Shown here: positions 21,606-30,979 of the stretch, one piece after another
Layout: every line of letters begins with the position of its first letter
Position numbering within the stretch: the first letter of the stretch is position 1
Assembly (NCBI GenBank): GCA_020629235.1
Contig: JAHDDS010000004.1
Location: 1,794 to 65,793 of the forward strand
Origin: Planktomarina sp.
GTDB lineage: Bacteria > Pseudomonadota > Alphaproteobacteria > Rhodobacterales > Rhodobacteraceae
Length of the DNA: 64,000 nucleotides
Direction of reading: 5' to 3'
Position numbers and translations under genes: made by a program
The notes under the pieces: model-generated
What the model was told of the DNA's origin: nothing
The model's database searches: none
Seen by the model: the letters and a program-made list of their open reading frames with translations, nothing else

Positions 21606-22749
21606 TTTTTTGAAAAGCCCCAATGCGGGCAAGCTGTTCGATGCGTTTTCGACCCATGGATTTCAGCTTTGGTACGTGGGGGGCTGCGTGCGAAATGCCA
21701 TTCTTGGTGGTGCGGCGGCTGATCTGGATATGGCCACTGATGCCACGCCGGACGATATGCGCACCATTGCAAACGCCAATCAGATCAAGATTGTCCCGAC
21801 AGGGGAAGACCACGGCACCATGACGTTTGTTCTGGACAGCACCCCGTTTGAGGTCACCACTTTTCGCAAGGACGTTGAAACCGATGGGCGGCGTGCCGTT
21901 GTGGCGTTTTCCAAAGACTTGGCCGACGATGCGCGCCGCCGGGACTTTACCATGAATGCGCTTTACATGGACCGTGATGGTTTGCTGCAAGACCCCGTTG
22001 GTGGATATCCAGATGTGGTGCAACGGCATGTCCGTTTCATTGATGATCCAAGCCAGCGTATTCGGGAAGACCACCTTCGAATTTTACGGTTCTTTCGGTT
22101 TTTTGCATGGTATGGCGCACCGTCTGAAGGAATTGATGCCAACGGTCTGGCTGCTTGCGCCAGCCATGCCCAGGACCTGACCGAAATTTCCCAAGAACGT
22201 ATCACGGCCGAGGTTTTGAAACTTCTGACCGCGCCAAACCCGTCGCAGGCTGTCGCGGCCATGGACCAGTGTGGGGTTCTGTCCGTGATACTGCCTGGGG
22301 CCACGTCCAAGTATTTGCCGATTTTTGTGGACGCGTTCACGCAGGAACCTGTCGATCCACTGCATCGGCTTGCCGTTTTGACACCAAGCGTTCCCAAAGG
22401 GTTTTTGCGTCTCAGCAATGCGGACCATCGGCGGCTTGCAGCGTTGGTGGAATTTTCCCGGACCTGTGGCAACGGTTTCAAAATGGGTCATGACTTGGGT
22501 TTGGCAGACGGCCTGGCGGCGCTTCATATCAGGGCGGCGCTGTTGGAAACGCAGGTGGCTGTTGCCGATCTTGATGCTGTTGCACATGGGGCAGATGCGA
22601 CCTTCCCCATGAAGGCTGAACATGTCCAAAGCCATTTTTCGGGGCCGGCCTTGGGGGCAGCTTTGAAACAGGCGAAGGCCCACTGGTTGGATCACCATGG
22701 CCGCCCGTCGCGTGAAGATTTGATCCAATTTGTGCAGGACCATGGCTGA
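21589..22749 (+). CDS. cca: CCA tRNA nucleotidyltransferase
   Basis: VGGCVRN, DLDMAT, EVTTFR, RRDFTMNA, EDHLRILRFFRF, ERI. Confidence 0.92.
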   Translation: MKVHADFLKSPNAGKLFDAFSTHGFQLWYVGGCVRNAILGGAAADLDMATDATPDDMRTIANANQIKIVPTGEDHGTMTFVLDSTPFEVTTFRKDVETDGRRAVVAFSKDLADDARRRDFTMNALYMDRDGLLQDPVGGYPDVVQRHVRFIDDPSQRIREDHLRILRFFRFFAWYGAPSEGIDANGLAACASHAQDLTEISQERITAEVLKLLTAPNPSQAVAAMDQCGVLSVILPGATSKYLPIFVDAFTQEPVDPLHRLAVLTPSVPKGFLRLSNADHRRLAALVEFSRTCGNGFKMGHDLGLADGLAALHIRAALLETQVAVADLDAVAHGADATFPMKAEHVQSHFSGPALGAALKQAKAHWLDHHGRPSREDLIQFVQDHG

Positions 22750-23323
22750 TCTTTTGCCGCTTTTCATCTTTGTTTTTCTGGGTCTGTTTTCGCCCGGCCC
22801 CAATGTCATTTTGCTGACATCATCCGGGGCCAGGTTCGGCCTGAATGCCACGCTGCCCCACATTGTTGGGGTCGTGATCGGCGTAGGCGTGGTTGGGTTC
22901 TTGGTGGGCCTTGGGCTTGGGGCCGTGCTGGGAACCGTGCCTTGGGCGCGAACAATTTTAACCGCCATTTCTGCACTTTGGATTTTGTACCTGGCGTTTA
23001 CGCTTTGGCGGGCGACCGGATCGGCGTTGTCTTCTGATCAACGCCCATTCACCGTGTATGAAGCTGCGATGTTTCAATGGGTGAATCCCAAAATCTGGGC
23101 GGTGTCCCTGGCTGCAGTGTCTTATGTGCCAGACGCGGCACCCATTTGGATTGGCGGCACGCTTGCCTTGGCATTTTCGTCGGTAAACAGCGCGGTTTGT
23201 TTGTTTTGGACGCTTTTTGGTCAACGGGTTGCACGGGTCCTGACGACGGAACGCCGTTGGTCTGCTTTCTTCAAAACCATGGCACTTTTATTGGCGGGAT
23301 CGGCTGTTTTTCTTGTCCTATGA
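22742..23323 (+). CDS. LysE/RhtB family translocator
   Basis: SPGPN, FQWVNPK motifs; multiple TM helices. Confidence 0.88.
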   Translation: MADLLPLFIFVFLGLFSPGPNVILLTSSGARFGLNATLPHIVGVVIGVGVVGFLVGLGLGAVLGTVPWARTILTAISALWILYLAFTLWRATGSALSSDQRPFTVYEAAMFQWVNPKIWAVSLAAVSYVPDAAPIWIGGTLALAFSSVNSAVCLFWTLFGQRVARVLTTERRWSAFFKTMALLLAGSAVFLVL

Positions 23324-23355
23324 TTCGAAAAAGAAATGTCATAGCCTGACGGGCT

Positions 23356-25194
23356 ATGTTTCGATTTTTTGAAAACCTTCTGAATCCTTATCAGGACTAT
23401 TGCGCAGAAGATCGTCCGCCCCGGACGCTGCGGCCTTTCTTGTGGCTGTACCTTCGCCCGTTTCGGTATTTGTTCATCTTCGCGGCCTGCACGTCGGTGA
23501 TTGTTGCGGCGATGGAGGTGGCGTTGATTTGGTATTTGGGGCGTGTCGTCACGTTGATGACGGAATCCAGTCCCAGTGCGTTTCTGGGCGACCACGGCGT
23601 GGAACTTGCCTTGGTGACGGTCGCCGTCTTGATCGTGCGCCCGCTGTTGCAGGGATTGGACGTTTTGTTGATGAACCAATCAATGATGCCGAACGTGGGA
23701 ACCTTGGTGCGGTATCGCGCGCACCGGCATGTTCTGGGCCAGTCCGTGGGTTGGTTTGAAAACGACTTCGCCGGCAGGATCGCAAACCGAATTATGCAAA
23801 CGCCCCCCGCCATGGGCGAGGTGGTCTTTCAAGTGTTCGATGCCATTGCGTTTTCCACCGCCTATTTCATCGGGGCATTGGTGATGTTGTACGGTGTGGA
23901 TGCCCGGCTTTCGATTCCGCTGCTTATTTGGATCGCGTTGTTCGCAGCCCTTGTCGTTTGGACGGTCAAGCGAATCGGGCCCGCCGCAAAAGCCGCGTCA
24001 GATGCCCGCAGCCAGGTCACCGCGCGGGTGGTGGACAGCTATACCAACATTCATTCAGTCAAAATGTTCGACCATCACGAAGCGGAGCTGGATTATGCGG
24101 TGGATGCGATCGAATATGCCCGATCCACGTTTCAGCGCGAAAACAGGCTGTTTACGCTGATGGATTTTGGCCTGGTTACCTTGAATGGCGTGTTGGTGGT
24201 GGCCTTGGTGGGGGTGTCGCTTGCGATGTGGATCAATGGAACAGCCGAACTGGGCGTCTTGGCAGCAGCGGCGGCCTTGGCGCTTCGGATCAACGGTATG
24301 TCCGGCTGGATCATGTGGGCCACAACATCTTTCTTTCGTGAGCTCGGCATTGTGTCCGAAGGTATGGAAACCATCGCATCGCCCATCGATGTGGTGGATC
24401 GGGCCGATGCCAAGCCGATGAATTTGAAACAAGCCAGCATCGAAATCCAAGATGTGCACCACCACTATGGTCAAGAAAAAGGCGGGTTGAATGGTGTGTC
24501 GTTGTCCATTCAGCCTGGGGAAAAGGTTGGGTTGGTGGGGCGCAGCGGCGCTGGGAAGTCCACGCTGATCAAATTGATTTTGCGGTTCTATGATGCCGAA
24601 CAGGGTCGAATTTTGATCGACGGCCAGGATGTTCAATCGGTGACGCAAAAAAGCCTGCGCGCGCACATCGGGGTTGTTCAACAAGAAAACGCCCTGCTTC
24701 ACCGAACGGTGCGGGAAAACGTTCTGTTTGGAAAACCAGACGCCACTGAAGAAGAATTTGCAGCAGCCATCAAAGGCGCCGTGGCCGACGGTTTTGTCAC
24801 GGACCTGGTGGACCAAGATGGAAACCAAGGGCTTGAAGCAAAGGTGGGGGAACGCGGCGTCAAATTATCCGGTGGGCAACGGCAGCGCATTTCGTTGGCA
24901 CGCGTGTTGCTAAAAAACGCCCCTATCTTGATTTTGGATGAAGCCACCGCCGCTTTGGACAGCGAAGTTGAGGCGCAAATTCAAGACGCCTTGTTTGCCT
25001 ATATGGAAGACAAAACTGTCATCGCCATTGCGCACCGGTTGTCCACCATTGTGCAGATGGATCGAATTGTGGTGTTGGACAAAGGCCAAATCGTCGAAGT
25101 CGGAACCCACGATGATCTGGTGGCCGCAGGCGGTCTTTATGCGGACCTTTGGTCACGACAGTCGGGCGGATTTTTGGGTCAAGAAGAAGAATGA
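23356..25194 (+). CDS. ABC exporter, fused permease/ATP-binding protein
   Basis: TM domain followed by GRSGAGKST, LSGGQRQR, ILDEATAALD, IAHRLST. Confidence 0.93.
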   Translation: MFRFFENLLNPYQDYCAEDRPPRTLRPFLWLYLRPFRYLFIFAACTSVIVAAMEVALIWYLGRVVTLMTESSPSAFLGDHGVELALVTVAVLIVRPLLQGLDVLLMNQSMMPNVGTLVRYRAHRHVLGQSVGWFENDFAGRIANRIMQTPPAMGEVVFQVFDAIAFSTAYFIGALVMLYGVDARLSIPLLIWIALFAALVVWTVKRIGPAAKAASDARSQVTARVVDSYTNIHSVKMFDHHEAELDYAVDAIEYARSTFQRENRLFTLMDFGLVTLNGVLVVALVGVSLAMWINGTAELGVLAAAAALALRINGMSGWIMWATTSFFRELGIVSEGMETIASPIDVVDRADAKPMNLKQASIEIQDVHHHYGQEKGGLNGVSLSIQPGEKVGLVGRSGAGKSTLIKLILRFYDAEQGRILIDGQDVQSVTQKSLRAHIGVVQQENALLHRTVRENVLFGKPDATEEEFAAAIKGAVADGFVTDLVDQDGNQGLEAKVGERGVKLSGGQRQRISLARVLLKNAPILILDEATAALDSEVEAQIQDALFAYMEDKTVIAIAHRLSTIVQMDRIVVLDKGQIVEVGTHDDLVAAGGLYADLWSRQSGGFLGQEEE

Positions 25195-25313
25195 TACAAA
25201 GTAATTACGGCAAAAGCCCAAACGCGCTTTGCCTTGGGCTTGATTTTGGCCACCAAATCGTGATGACGGTTCTTTAATAAAAAAGATATACGGCACCAAA
25301 AAAGGCAAGGCGT

Positions 25314-25805
25314 ATGAAGAGAAGAGCGGTGATTTTGACTGGGCTGGCGTCCGCATTTTTGGCAGCGTGCAGCAGCAAGTTCGTGACATATAACGGCCCG
25401 AAGGTGACATTCATCACGGTGGATAAAACCAAACGGCGCATGCGGTTGTTTCACAACGACAGGGTCCTGAAGCAATATCGCTTCGAATTGGGTTTTGCGC
25501 CGACCGGCCACAAAGAAATTGAAGGGGACGGCAAGACGCCGGAAGGACGCTATTTCATCGACCGTAAAAACCCCAACAGCAGCTTCTTTTTGTCTTTGGG
25601 TATTTCCTATCCCAATCGCCGCGATATCGCCCGCGCCCATTCCATGGGGAAGTCCCCTGGCGGGGACATCTTCATCCACGGCACGCCATCAAAGTATTCC
25701 GGGCGTGATGATTGGACATGGGGCTGCATCGCCGTCACGAATCGTGAAATGCGAAACATATTTGCGATGGTCGATGTTGGAACGCCGATTGTGATCCGCG
25801 CCTGA
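25314..25805 (+). CDS. L,D-transpeptidase-family lipoprotein (YafK/DpaA-like subgroup)
   Basis: Lipobox LAAC; GDGKTPEGRY, SYPN, GGDIFIHG, WTWGCIAV catalytic His/Cys. Confidence 0.88.
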   Translation: MKRRAVILTGLASAFLAACSSKFVTYNGPKVTFITVDKTKRRMRLFHNDRVLKQYRFELGFAPTGHKEIEGDGKTPEGRYFIDRKNPNSSFFLSLGISYPNRRDIARAHSMGKSPGGDIFIHGTPSKYSGRDDWTWGCIAVTNREMRNIFAMVDVGTPIVIRA

Positions 25806-26312
25806 TTACGGCTTGGCGATCACCAGCGTCCACCAAATCTTGCCGTTTTCTTCTTGAAACCATGCAAAGCCCATTTCGCGGGCTTCGGGGTTCAAAATGA
25901 CGTCACGGGTGCTTGGGACTTCCATCCATGCTGCCAGGGTTTCCAACTCTGATTCGAAGGTCTCAGAAATGTTTTCACCCAGCAGCGTTCCGGTGTAGCC
26001 GACGCGCCGAATGCGATCAATCGGGGATGATCCATCTGATCCGAAGTGCCACGGGCGGTTCTGAATGGACATATCGCGCGAATGGGTTGCAGCTGCGGCA
26101 TTAAGTTGCGCGTTCAGCTGAACGGGCGGCACGCCTTTGACGGACCGAAGGCTGTTGATGCCGTCTTGCATGCTGAATTGAATGCGGCCTGTGTCATTGG
26201 CCTTGATCCGATACAGCCTTGGCAAGGGCTGCCCATCCGGACCCAAAGGAACTTCCGCCGGTGTACATGCCACCAAAATGATCGACACCAAAGCAATAAG
26301 TACTGCGCGCAT
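25806..26312 (-). CDS. CAP (SCP/PR-1) domain lipoprotein
   Basis: Lipobox LVAC; LNAAAATHSRDM, HFGSDGS, GENI, WWTLV. Confidence 0.87.
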   Translation of the reverse strand: MRAVLIALVSIILVACTPAEVPLGPDGQPLPRLYRIKANDTGRIQFSMQDGINSLRSVKGVPPVQLNAQLNAAAATHSRDMSIQNRPWHFGSDGSSPIDRIRRVGYTGTLLGENISETFESELETLAAWMEVPSTRDVILNPEAREMGFAWFQEENGKIWWTLVIAKP

Positions 26313-26486
26313 GTCTTCTGCCCTTTTCGACACTGATTTTTCCCGCTTCTAACTTGAAAATGTTGTCAGGCAAACCCACTTTCGTGTGCGCTGCAGGTCT
26401 GACAAATGTTTGATTTGTTGATTTAAGCCTAAAGAATTAGGGTGCGCCTCAGCATAATTTGCAATGATGGCAGTGAGAACAATCGG

Positions 26487-27068
26487 ATGAACACGATGAA
26501 ACGAAGAACATTTTTAGCAGCTGGCGCAAGTTTAGCCGCAACGACATTGGACGCACAGCAGTTCAACGGCGCCGTAGAGATTGAAAAGGACGTTTCTGCA
26601 TCGCAGCGTCGAAACATGTCCAGTTTCCGCACGTTGGAGTGGCAGCCTTACTTTGACAATTTGCGCAACGGGGCGATCCTGGTGGATATCTCGTCGCGCG
26701 CGTTGCACTATTGGTCCGAAGATCAATCGGTATATAAGTTGTATCCCACATCCGTGCCTTTGTCGGAAGACTTGACCAAGCGGGGACGCACACGGGTGAC
26801 CCGCAAGGTGGAAGGGCCCAGCTGGCGTCCGACCCCTGCCATGCGCGAACGGAACCCAGAATGGCCGGAATTCGTGGGCCCTGGCCCCGATAATCCCCTG
26901 GGCACACACGCGTTGTACCTGTCGTGGACTTACTACCGAATCCACGGAACGCACGACACTCGCAAAATCGGCCGCAGATCGTCCAATGGTTGTATTGGAC
27001 TGTACAACGAACAAATTTCGGAACTTTTCGCACTGTCGAAAGTTGGGACGCAGGTGTTGCTGATTTAA
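26487..27068 (+). CDS. L,D-transpeptidase (ErfK/YkuD family), Tat-exported
   Basis: KRRTFL Tat motif; PSWRPT, GPDNPLG, YRIHGT, SSNGCIGL. Confidence 0.9.
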   Translation: MNTMKRRTFLAAGASLAATTLDAQQFNGAVEIEKDVSASQRRNMSSFRTLEWQPYFDNLRNGAILVDISSRALHYWSEDQSVYKLYPTSVPLSEDLTKRGRTRVTRKVEGPSWRPTPAMRERNPEWPEFVGPGPDNPLGTHALYLSWTYYRIHGTHDTRKIGRRSSNGCIGLYNEQISELFALSKVGTQVLLI

Positions 27069-27207
27069 CCACACTTACGTTAATCGGTCTTTGTTATTGA
27101 CGGCAGACATTTGCATTTCTGCAGCAGACTTTAATAACTGACCGTACAAACGCTTGTTTGTGGCGCGGCAAGTCTCTGAAAGCGCCCGACTACTACTGGA
27201 GGATACC

Positions 27208-27396
27208 ATGAAGAAACTCGTAATCGCAGCCGCGCTGGTGGCAACCGCAGGTGCAGCATTCGCAGGTGGCATGTCCGAGCCTGTGATGGAGCCTGAAATC
27301 GTAACTGAAGTTGTTGAAACAACTGCAGGGACAAGCGGTGGCGTAATTGTACCTTTGCTGATCCTGGCCCTGATCGGTCTGGCAGCCAGCAGCTGA
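27208..27396 (+). CDS. Small exported, membrane-anchored protein (62 aa) of unknown function
   Basis: GGAGG RBS; Sec signal MKKLVIAAALVATAGAAFA, then GGMSEPVMEPE acidic linker and hydrophobic C-terminal helix; own terminator. Confidence 0.85.
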   Translation: MKKLVIAAALVATAGAAFAGGMSEPVMEPEIVTEVVETTAGTSGGVIVPLLILALIGLAASS

Positions 27397-27415
27397 TACG
27401 CTGAAGAATTCAAAG

Positions 27416-27441
27416 AAAAGGCGGCTTTAGCCGCCTTTTTT
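27416..27441. terminator. Bidirectional intrinsic terminator
   Basis: AAAAGGCGGCT-TT-AGCCGCCTTTTTT between the convergent small gene and hemH. Confidence 0.88.
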
Positions 27442-28511
27442 TATGCCCAGCCCTTAAGGTTGGTCCGAATAACATTCGTCAACGCGTCGATGTGCGCCGC
27501 GTCGTCATTCAGACATGGAATATAAAGGAAGTGTTCGCCGCCAGCTTCTTCAAAGCTTTCTTTGATTTCTTCGTTAATTTCTTCCAAGGTTTCAATGCAA
27601 TCGGCCGAAAAGGCTGGGGCGCATACGGCAATTTTCTTTTTGCCAGCCGCCGCCAGCCGCGCCACTTCTTCAACGGTATACGGCTTCAGCCATTCTTCCG
27701 GTCCGAATTTCGATTGAAACGTGGTGACGATGTCTGTGTCGGCCCAGCCAAGACGTTCTTTCAAAAGCCGTGTCGTTTTTTGGCACTGGCAGTGATACGG
27801 ATCGCCTTCCATCAGGTACCGCTGCGGGACACCGTGATAGGAACATACCAAGATGTCCGGTTTGAAGTCTGCATTGGCATAGGCCGCTTCAACGCTTTGG
27901 GCCAGGGCATCAATATATGCCGGATCGTCAAAATAAGGTGCCACGGTACGCACGGACGGCTGCCATTTTTCCGACATCAGCACCCGAAAGAACTGATCGC
28001 ATGCGGTGGCGGACGTGGCCCCGGCATAGTGTGGATACAGCGGGAAAAACAAAATCTTCTGGCAGCCTTGGTCGATCAAGTCCCGCACCTTTGATTTGGT
28101 GGACGGGTTGCCGTACCGCATGCAAAAATCAACGATCACCTGGTCGCCCATCGCGGCCTGTACGTTGCTTCGGATCTTTTCAGTTTGCGCCTTTGTGATG
28201 GTCATCAGCGGGCTTTCGTCGGCATCGTTGTTCCAGATAGAGGCATAGGCCTCGCCCGACGAAAACGGGCGTTTGGTCAATATGATCAGTTGCAAAAGCG
28301 GCTGCCACAGCCATGGGCTGTAATCGATGACCCTGCGGTCAGACAGGAATTCATTCAGATACCGGCGCATAGACCAATAATCATGACCATCGGGCGTTCC
28401 AAGATTGGCCACCAATACGCCGATCTTTTCGTCCTTTACGGGCGGGTGATCGGACGGGGCATGGGCGGGGCATGCGCCGGCCATCGAATCTTTTTTTGGC
28501 ATTTCAACCAT
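27441..28511 (-). CDS. hemH: Ferrochelatase
   Basis: NLGTPD, YLNEFLSDRRV, MRYGNPS, SYHGVP, FQSKFGPEEWLKPYT, DCIETLEEI; ATG 28511. Confidence 0.96.
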   Translation of the reverse strand: MVEMPKKDSMAGACPAHAPSDHPPVKDEKIGVLVANLGTPDGHDYWSMRRYLNEFLSDRRVIDYSPWLWQPLLQLIILTKRPFSSGEAYASIWNNDADESPLMTITKAQTEKIRSNVQAAMGDQVIVDFCMRYGNPSTKSKVRDLIDQGCQKILFFPLYPHYAGATSATACDQFFRVLMSEKWQPSVRTVAPYFDDPAYIDALAQSVEAAYANADFKPDILVCSYHGVPQRYLMEGDPYHCQCQKTTRLLKERLGWADTDIVTTFQSKFGPEEWLKPYTVEEVARLAAAGKKKIAVCAPAFSADCIETLEEINEEIKESFEEAGGEHFLYIPCLNDDAAHIDALTNVIRTNLKGWA

Positions 28512-28662
28512 GGTGTCGCCTCTGATCCACGCTGTCTTGTGTTGTGACATAAAGGCGGCGCGGGCTTCGTCAATCGCCGATCTTCGAATAGATCCAGGGC
28601 ATAGGCTGCGCTGCGGCAAAATGGCAAGGCCATGCGGCGTTGGTACTGGCCAAACCGTCTTG

Positions 28663-28677
28663 TTAACCACATCTTAG
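28663..28677 (+). promoter_or_regulatory. Putative CtrA box upstream of comF
   Basis: TTAA-CCACATC-TTAG, one mismatch to TTAA-N7-TTAA. Confidence 0.6.
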
Positions 28678-28700
28678 CGTTGTTCTTCTTCCCTGCCGCC

Positions 28701-29432
28701 ATGTCAGTCGCGCTGCCATCCCTGCGAAACGCCATTGATCTGTTTTATCCGCCCCTGTGTTTGGGGTGCGGAGAGGAGTTGGTGGGCAATGAACGATTGT
28801 GCCCCGCCTGCTGGGTCAACGTACGGTTCGTGGGGCAATCGTCTTGCTTTTTGTGCGGCGATGTATTGCCGGGGGATGTGGAAGAAGACTTCGCCTGCGA
28901 CAGCTGTCTGCGAACGCCCCGCATTTGGGACAGGGGTACTGCAGCAATGCTGTATCGCCGCACGGGGCGGGATTTGGTCTTGCGATTGAAACACCAGGAC
29001 AGACTGGATTTGGTCCCGCCTGCGGCTGGATGGATGTTGTCGGCCATGGCGCGTCTGAACGTCGAAAATCCAGTCCTGATTCCCGTGCCACTGCACAAAT
29101 CCAGGCTTTGGAAACGGCGGTACAATCAGTCCGCCGCCTTGGCAAAACACATGGCGCGGCAGGGCGGATTGGACTGGGACGGGCAATTTTTGCAACGCCA
29201 AAGCGCAACACCGTCCTTGGGCCATCGCACAGCGGAAGAACGGGCCGTGGCCCTGGCGGGGACGATGGCCCTGCACGGACCGAACGATCGGTATGCCGGA
29301 CGTGACTTGGTTGTGGTGGACGATGTTATGGCATCCGGCGCGACGTTTACCGAAAGCACGCGTGTCTTAAGGGCCGCCAAGCCAAAATCCATAAGCGTTC
29401 TTTCCCTGGCGCGTGTGTCGTACAAAGATTAA
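28701..29432 (+). CDS. comF: ComF family protein (double zinc ribbon + phosphoribosyltransferase)
   Basis: Four CxxC motifs, PVPLH, RRYNQS, VVVDDVMASGAT. Confidence 0.9.
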   Translation: MSVALPSLRNAIDLFYPPLCLGCGEELVGNERLCPACWVNVRFVGQSSCFLCGDVLPGDVEEDFACDSCLRTPRIWDRGTAAMLYRRTGRDLVLRLKHQDRLDLVPPAAGWMLSAMARLNVENPVLIPVPLHKSRLWKRRYNQSAALAKHMARQGGLDWDGQFLQRQSATPSLGHRTAEERAVALAGTMALHGPNDRYAGRDLVVVDDVMASGATFTESTRVLRAAKPKSISVLSLARVSYKD

Positions 29433-29458
29433 GCTGCGGGTCGAACAAAGGAAGACCC

Positions 29459-29716
29459 ATGCAAACAGTCGAACTCTACACGTCCCCCACCTGCGGATTT
29501 TGCCATATGGCCAAGCGGCTTCTGAAGGAAAAATCTGTTTCGTTCACCGAAATTGATGTCGTCCAAAACCCAGACAAACGCGCAGAAATGGTCACGCGAT
29601 CCGGCGGCGGTCGCACTGTTCCGCAAATTTTCATCGGCGATGTGCACGTCGGCGGGTGTGACGACCTGCACGCTTTGGACCGCGCGGGCAAGCTTGACGC
29701 ATTGTTGGCGGGGTGA
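29459..29716 (+). CDS. grxC: Glutaredoxin 3
   Basis: CGFC active site, TVPQIFIG, VGGCDDL. Confidence 0.94.
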   Translation: MQTVELYTSPTCGFCHMAKRLLKEKSVSFTEIDVVQNPDKRAEMVTRSGGGRTVPQIFIGDVHVGGCDDLHALDRAGKLDALLAG

Positions 29717-30534
29717 AAGTCGCCCTGGCGCAAATGACGTCCGGGGAAGACCCGGACCAAAACTTGGCTTGGCTGCTGGATGCCATGGACCAGGCGCAGG
29801 ACGCTGACATTTTGTTCACGCCTGAAGTCACAAACTGCGTGTCCGTGTCCCGCAGTACCCAAGCCCGCGTTTTGGAACACTTTGAAGCCAATGGGTTCAT
29901 TGCAGCAGTGGCGCGCAAGGCCGAAGCGTTGGGGCTGTGGGTGCATCTTGGATCACTGGCCTTGAAGTCAGATGACCCAGGCGGGCGTTTTGTGAACCGA
30001 AGTGTTTTGTTAAATGATGCGGGCAGTGTGGTCAGCACATACGACAAGATCCACATGTTTGACGTCCAATTGTCCGACACAGAATCGTACCACGAATCTG
30101 CTGGATTTCGCGCAGGCGGGCAGGCCGTTTTGGCACGCGGACCCGGATGCCAAATGGGACAAAGCATCTGTTACGATGTGCGGTTTCCCCACTTGTATCG
30201 CTGTTTGGCCAAGGCGGGCGCGCAAGTCTTGTGTGTGCCTTCGGCGTTTTCCGTGCCCACAGGCCAGGCCCATTGGCACGTGTTGCTGCGCGCACGGGCC
30301 ATTGAGACCGGCTGCTATGTGGTGGCCGCGGCCCAAACGGGCACGCACCCAGGGTCGCAACGCAAAACCTTTGGACACAGTTTGGTGGTGGACCCATGGG
30401 GCGCGGTGATCTTGGATGCTGGGACAGAACCTGGCGTTTACAGCGCAGAATTGGACATATGCGCCGTTGAAACAGCCCGTCGTCGTGTGCCATCACTGCG
30501 CCACGATATCCCTTTTGCAGATCCTAATTTTTGA
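29713..30534 (+). CDS. Carbon-nitrogen hydrolase (Nit1-like deaminated-glutathione amidase)
   Basis: FTPE, YDKIHMFDV, ICYDVRFP triad; HWHVLLRARAIE. Confidence 0.9.
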   Translation: MKVALAQMTSGEDPDQNLAWLLDAMDQAQDADILFTPEVTNCVSVSRSTQARVLEHFEANGFIAAVARKAEALGLWVHLGSLALKSDDPGGRFVNRSVLLNDAGSVVSTYDKIHMFDVQLSDTESYHESAGFRAGGQAVLARGPGCQMGQSICYDVRFPHLYRCLAKAGAQVLCVPSAFSVPTGQAHWHVLLRARAIETGCYVVAAAQTGTHPGSQRKTFGHSLVVDPWGAVILDAGTEPGVYSAELDICAVETARRRVPSLRHDIPFADPNF

Positions 30535-30535
30535 T

Positions 30536-30979
30536 ATGGCCAGTTCATCCCAATCCCTTTCTGTCGGTCTGTTTTCCGAAATCTTGGCGCTGGAACAGAT
30601 TTTGCGGTCCCGTCTTTCGAAGGTCTTGCCCAAGGGGATGGAGCTTTCCCACTTCATTGTCTTGAACCATTTGGCCCACGTCGGGACAGAACGCAGCCCT
30701 GCGCAATTGGCCGGGGCCTTTAACCTGACCCGCGGTGCCATGACCAATACGCTGTCCAAGTTGGAAGCGGCGGGGTACATTCATGTTCGGCCCGATTGGG
30801 ACGACGCGCGGCGCAAACAAGTGGTCATAAGCCCGTCAGGACGGGCGGCGCGGGACGCAGCATTCCAGCAAATCGCCCCATTTGTGGAAGCGGTCACTGA
30901 ATCAATCGGCGACACGTCGATGAAAGCTGCCCTGCCGATTTTGCGCGACATGCGCATTTCTATGGTCGCCTTGGATTGA
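30536..30979 (+). CDS. MarR family transcriptional regulator
   Basis: Winged HTH SPAQLA...RGAMTNTLSKLE...DARRK. Confidence 0.88.
   Translation: MASSSQSLSVGLFSEILALEQILRSRLSKVLPKGMELSHFIVLNHLAHVGTERSPAQLAGAFNLTRGAMTNTLSKLEAAGYIHVRPDWDDARRKQVVISPSGRAARDAAFQQIAPFVEAVTESIGDTSMKAALPILRDMRISMVALD

Noticed and set aside
27065-27083. CtrA-like sequence TTAACCACACTTACGTTAA upstream of the small protein gene
   Set aside because: Half-site spacing is 6 or 11 nt rather than 7, and it overlaps a stop codon; at best a half site.
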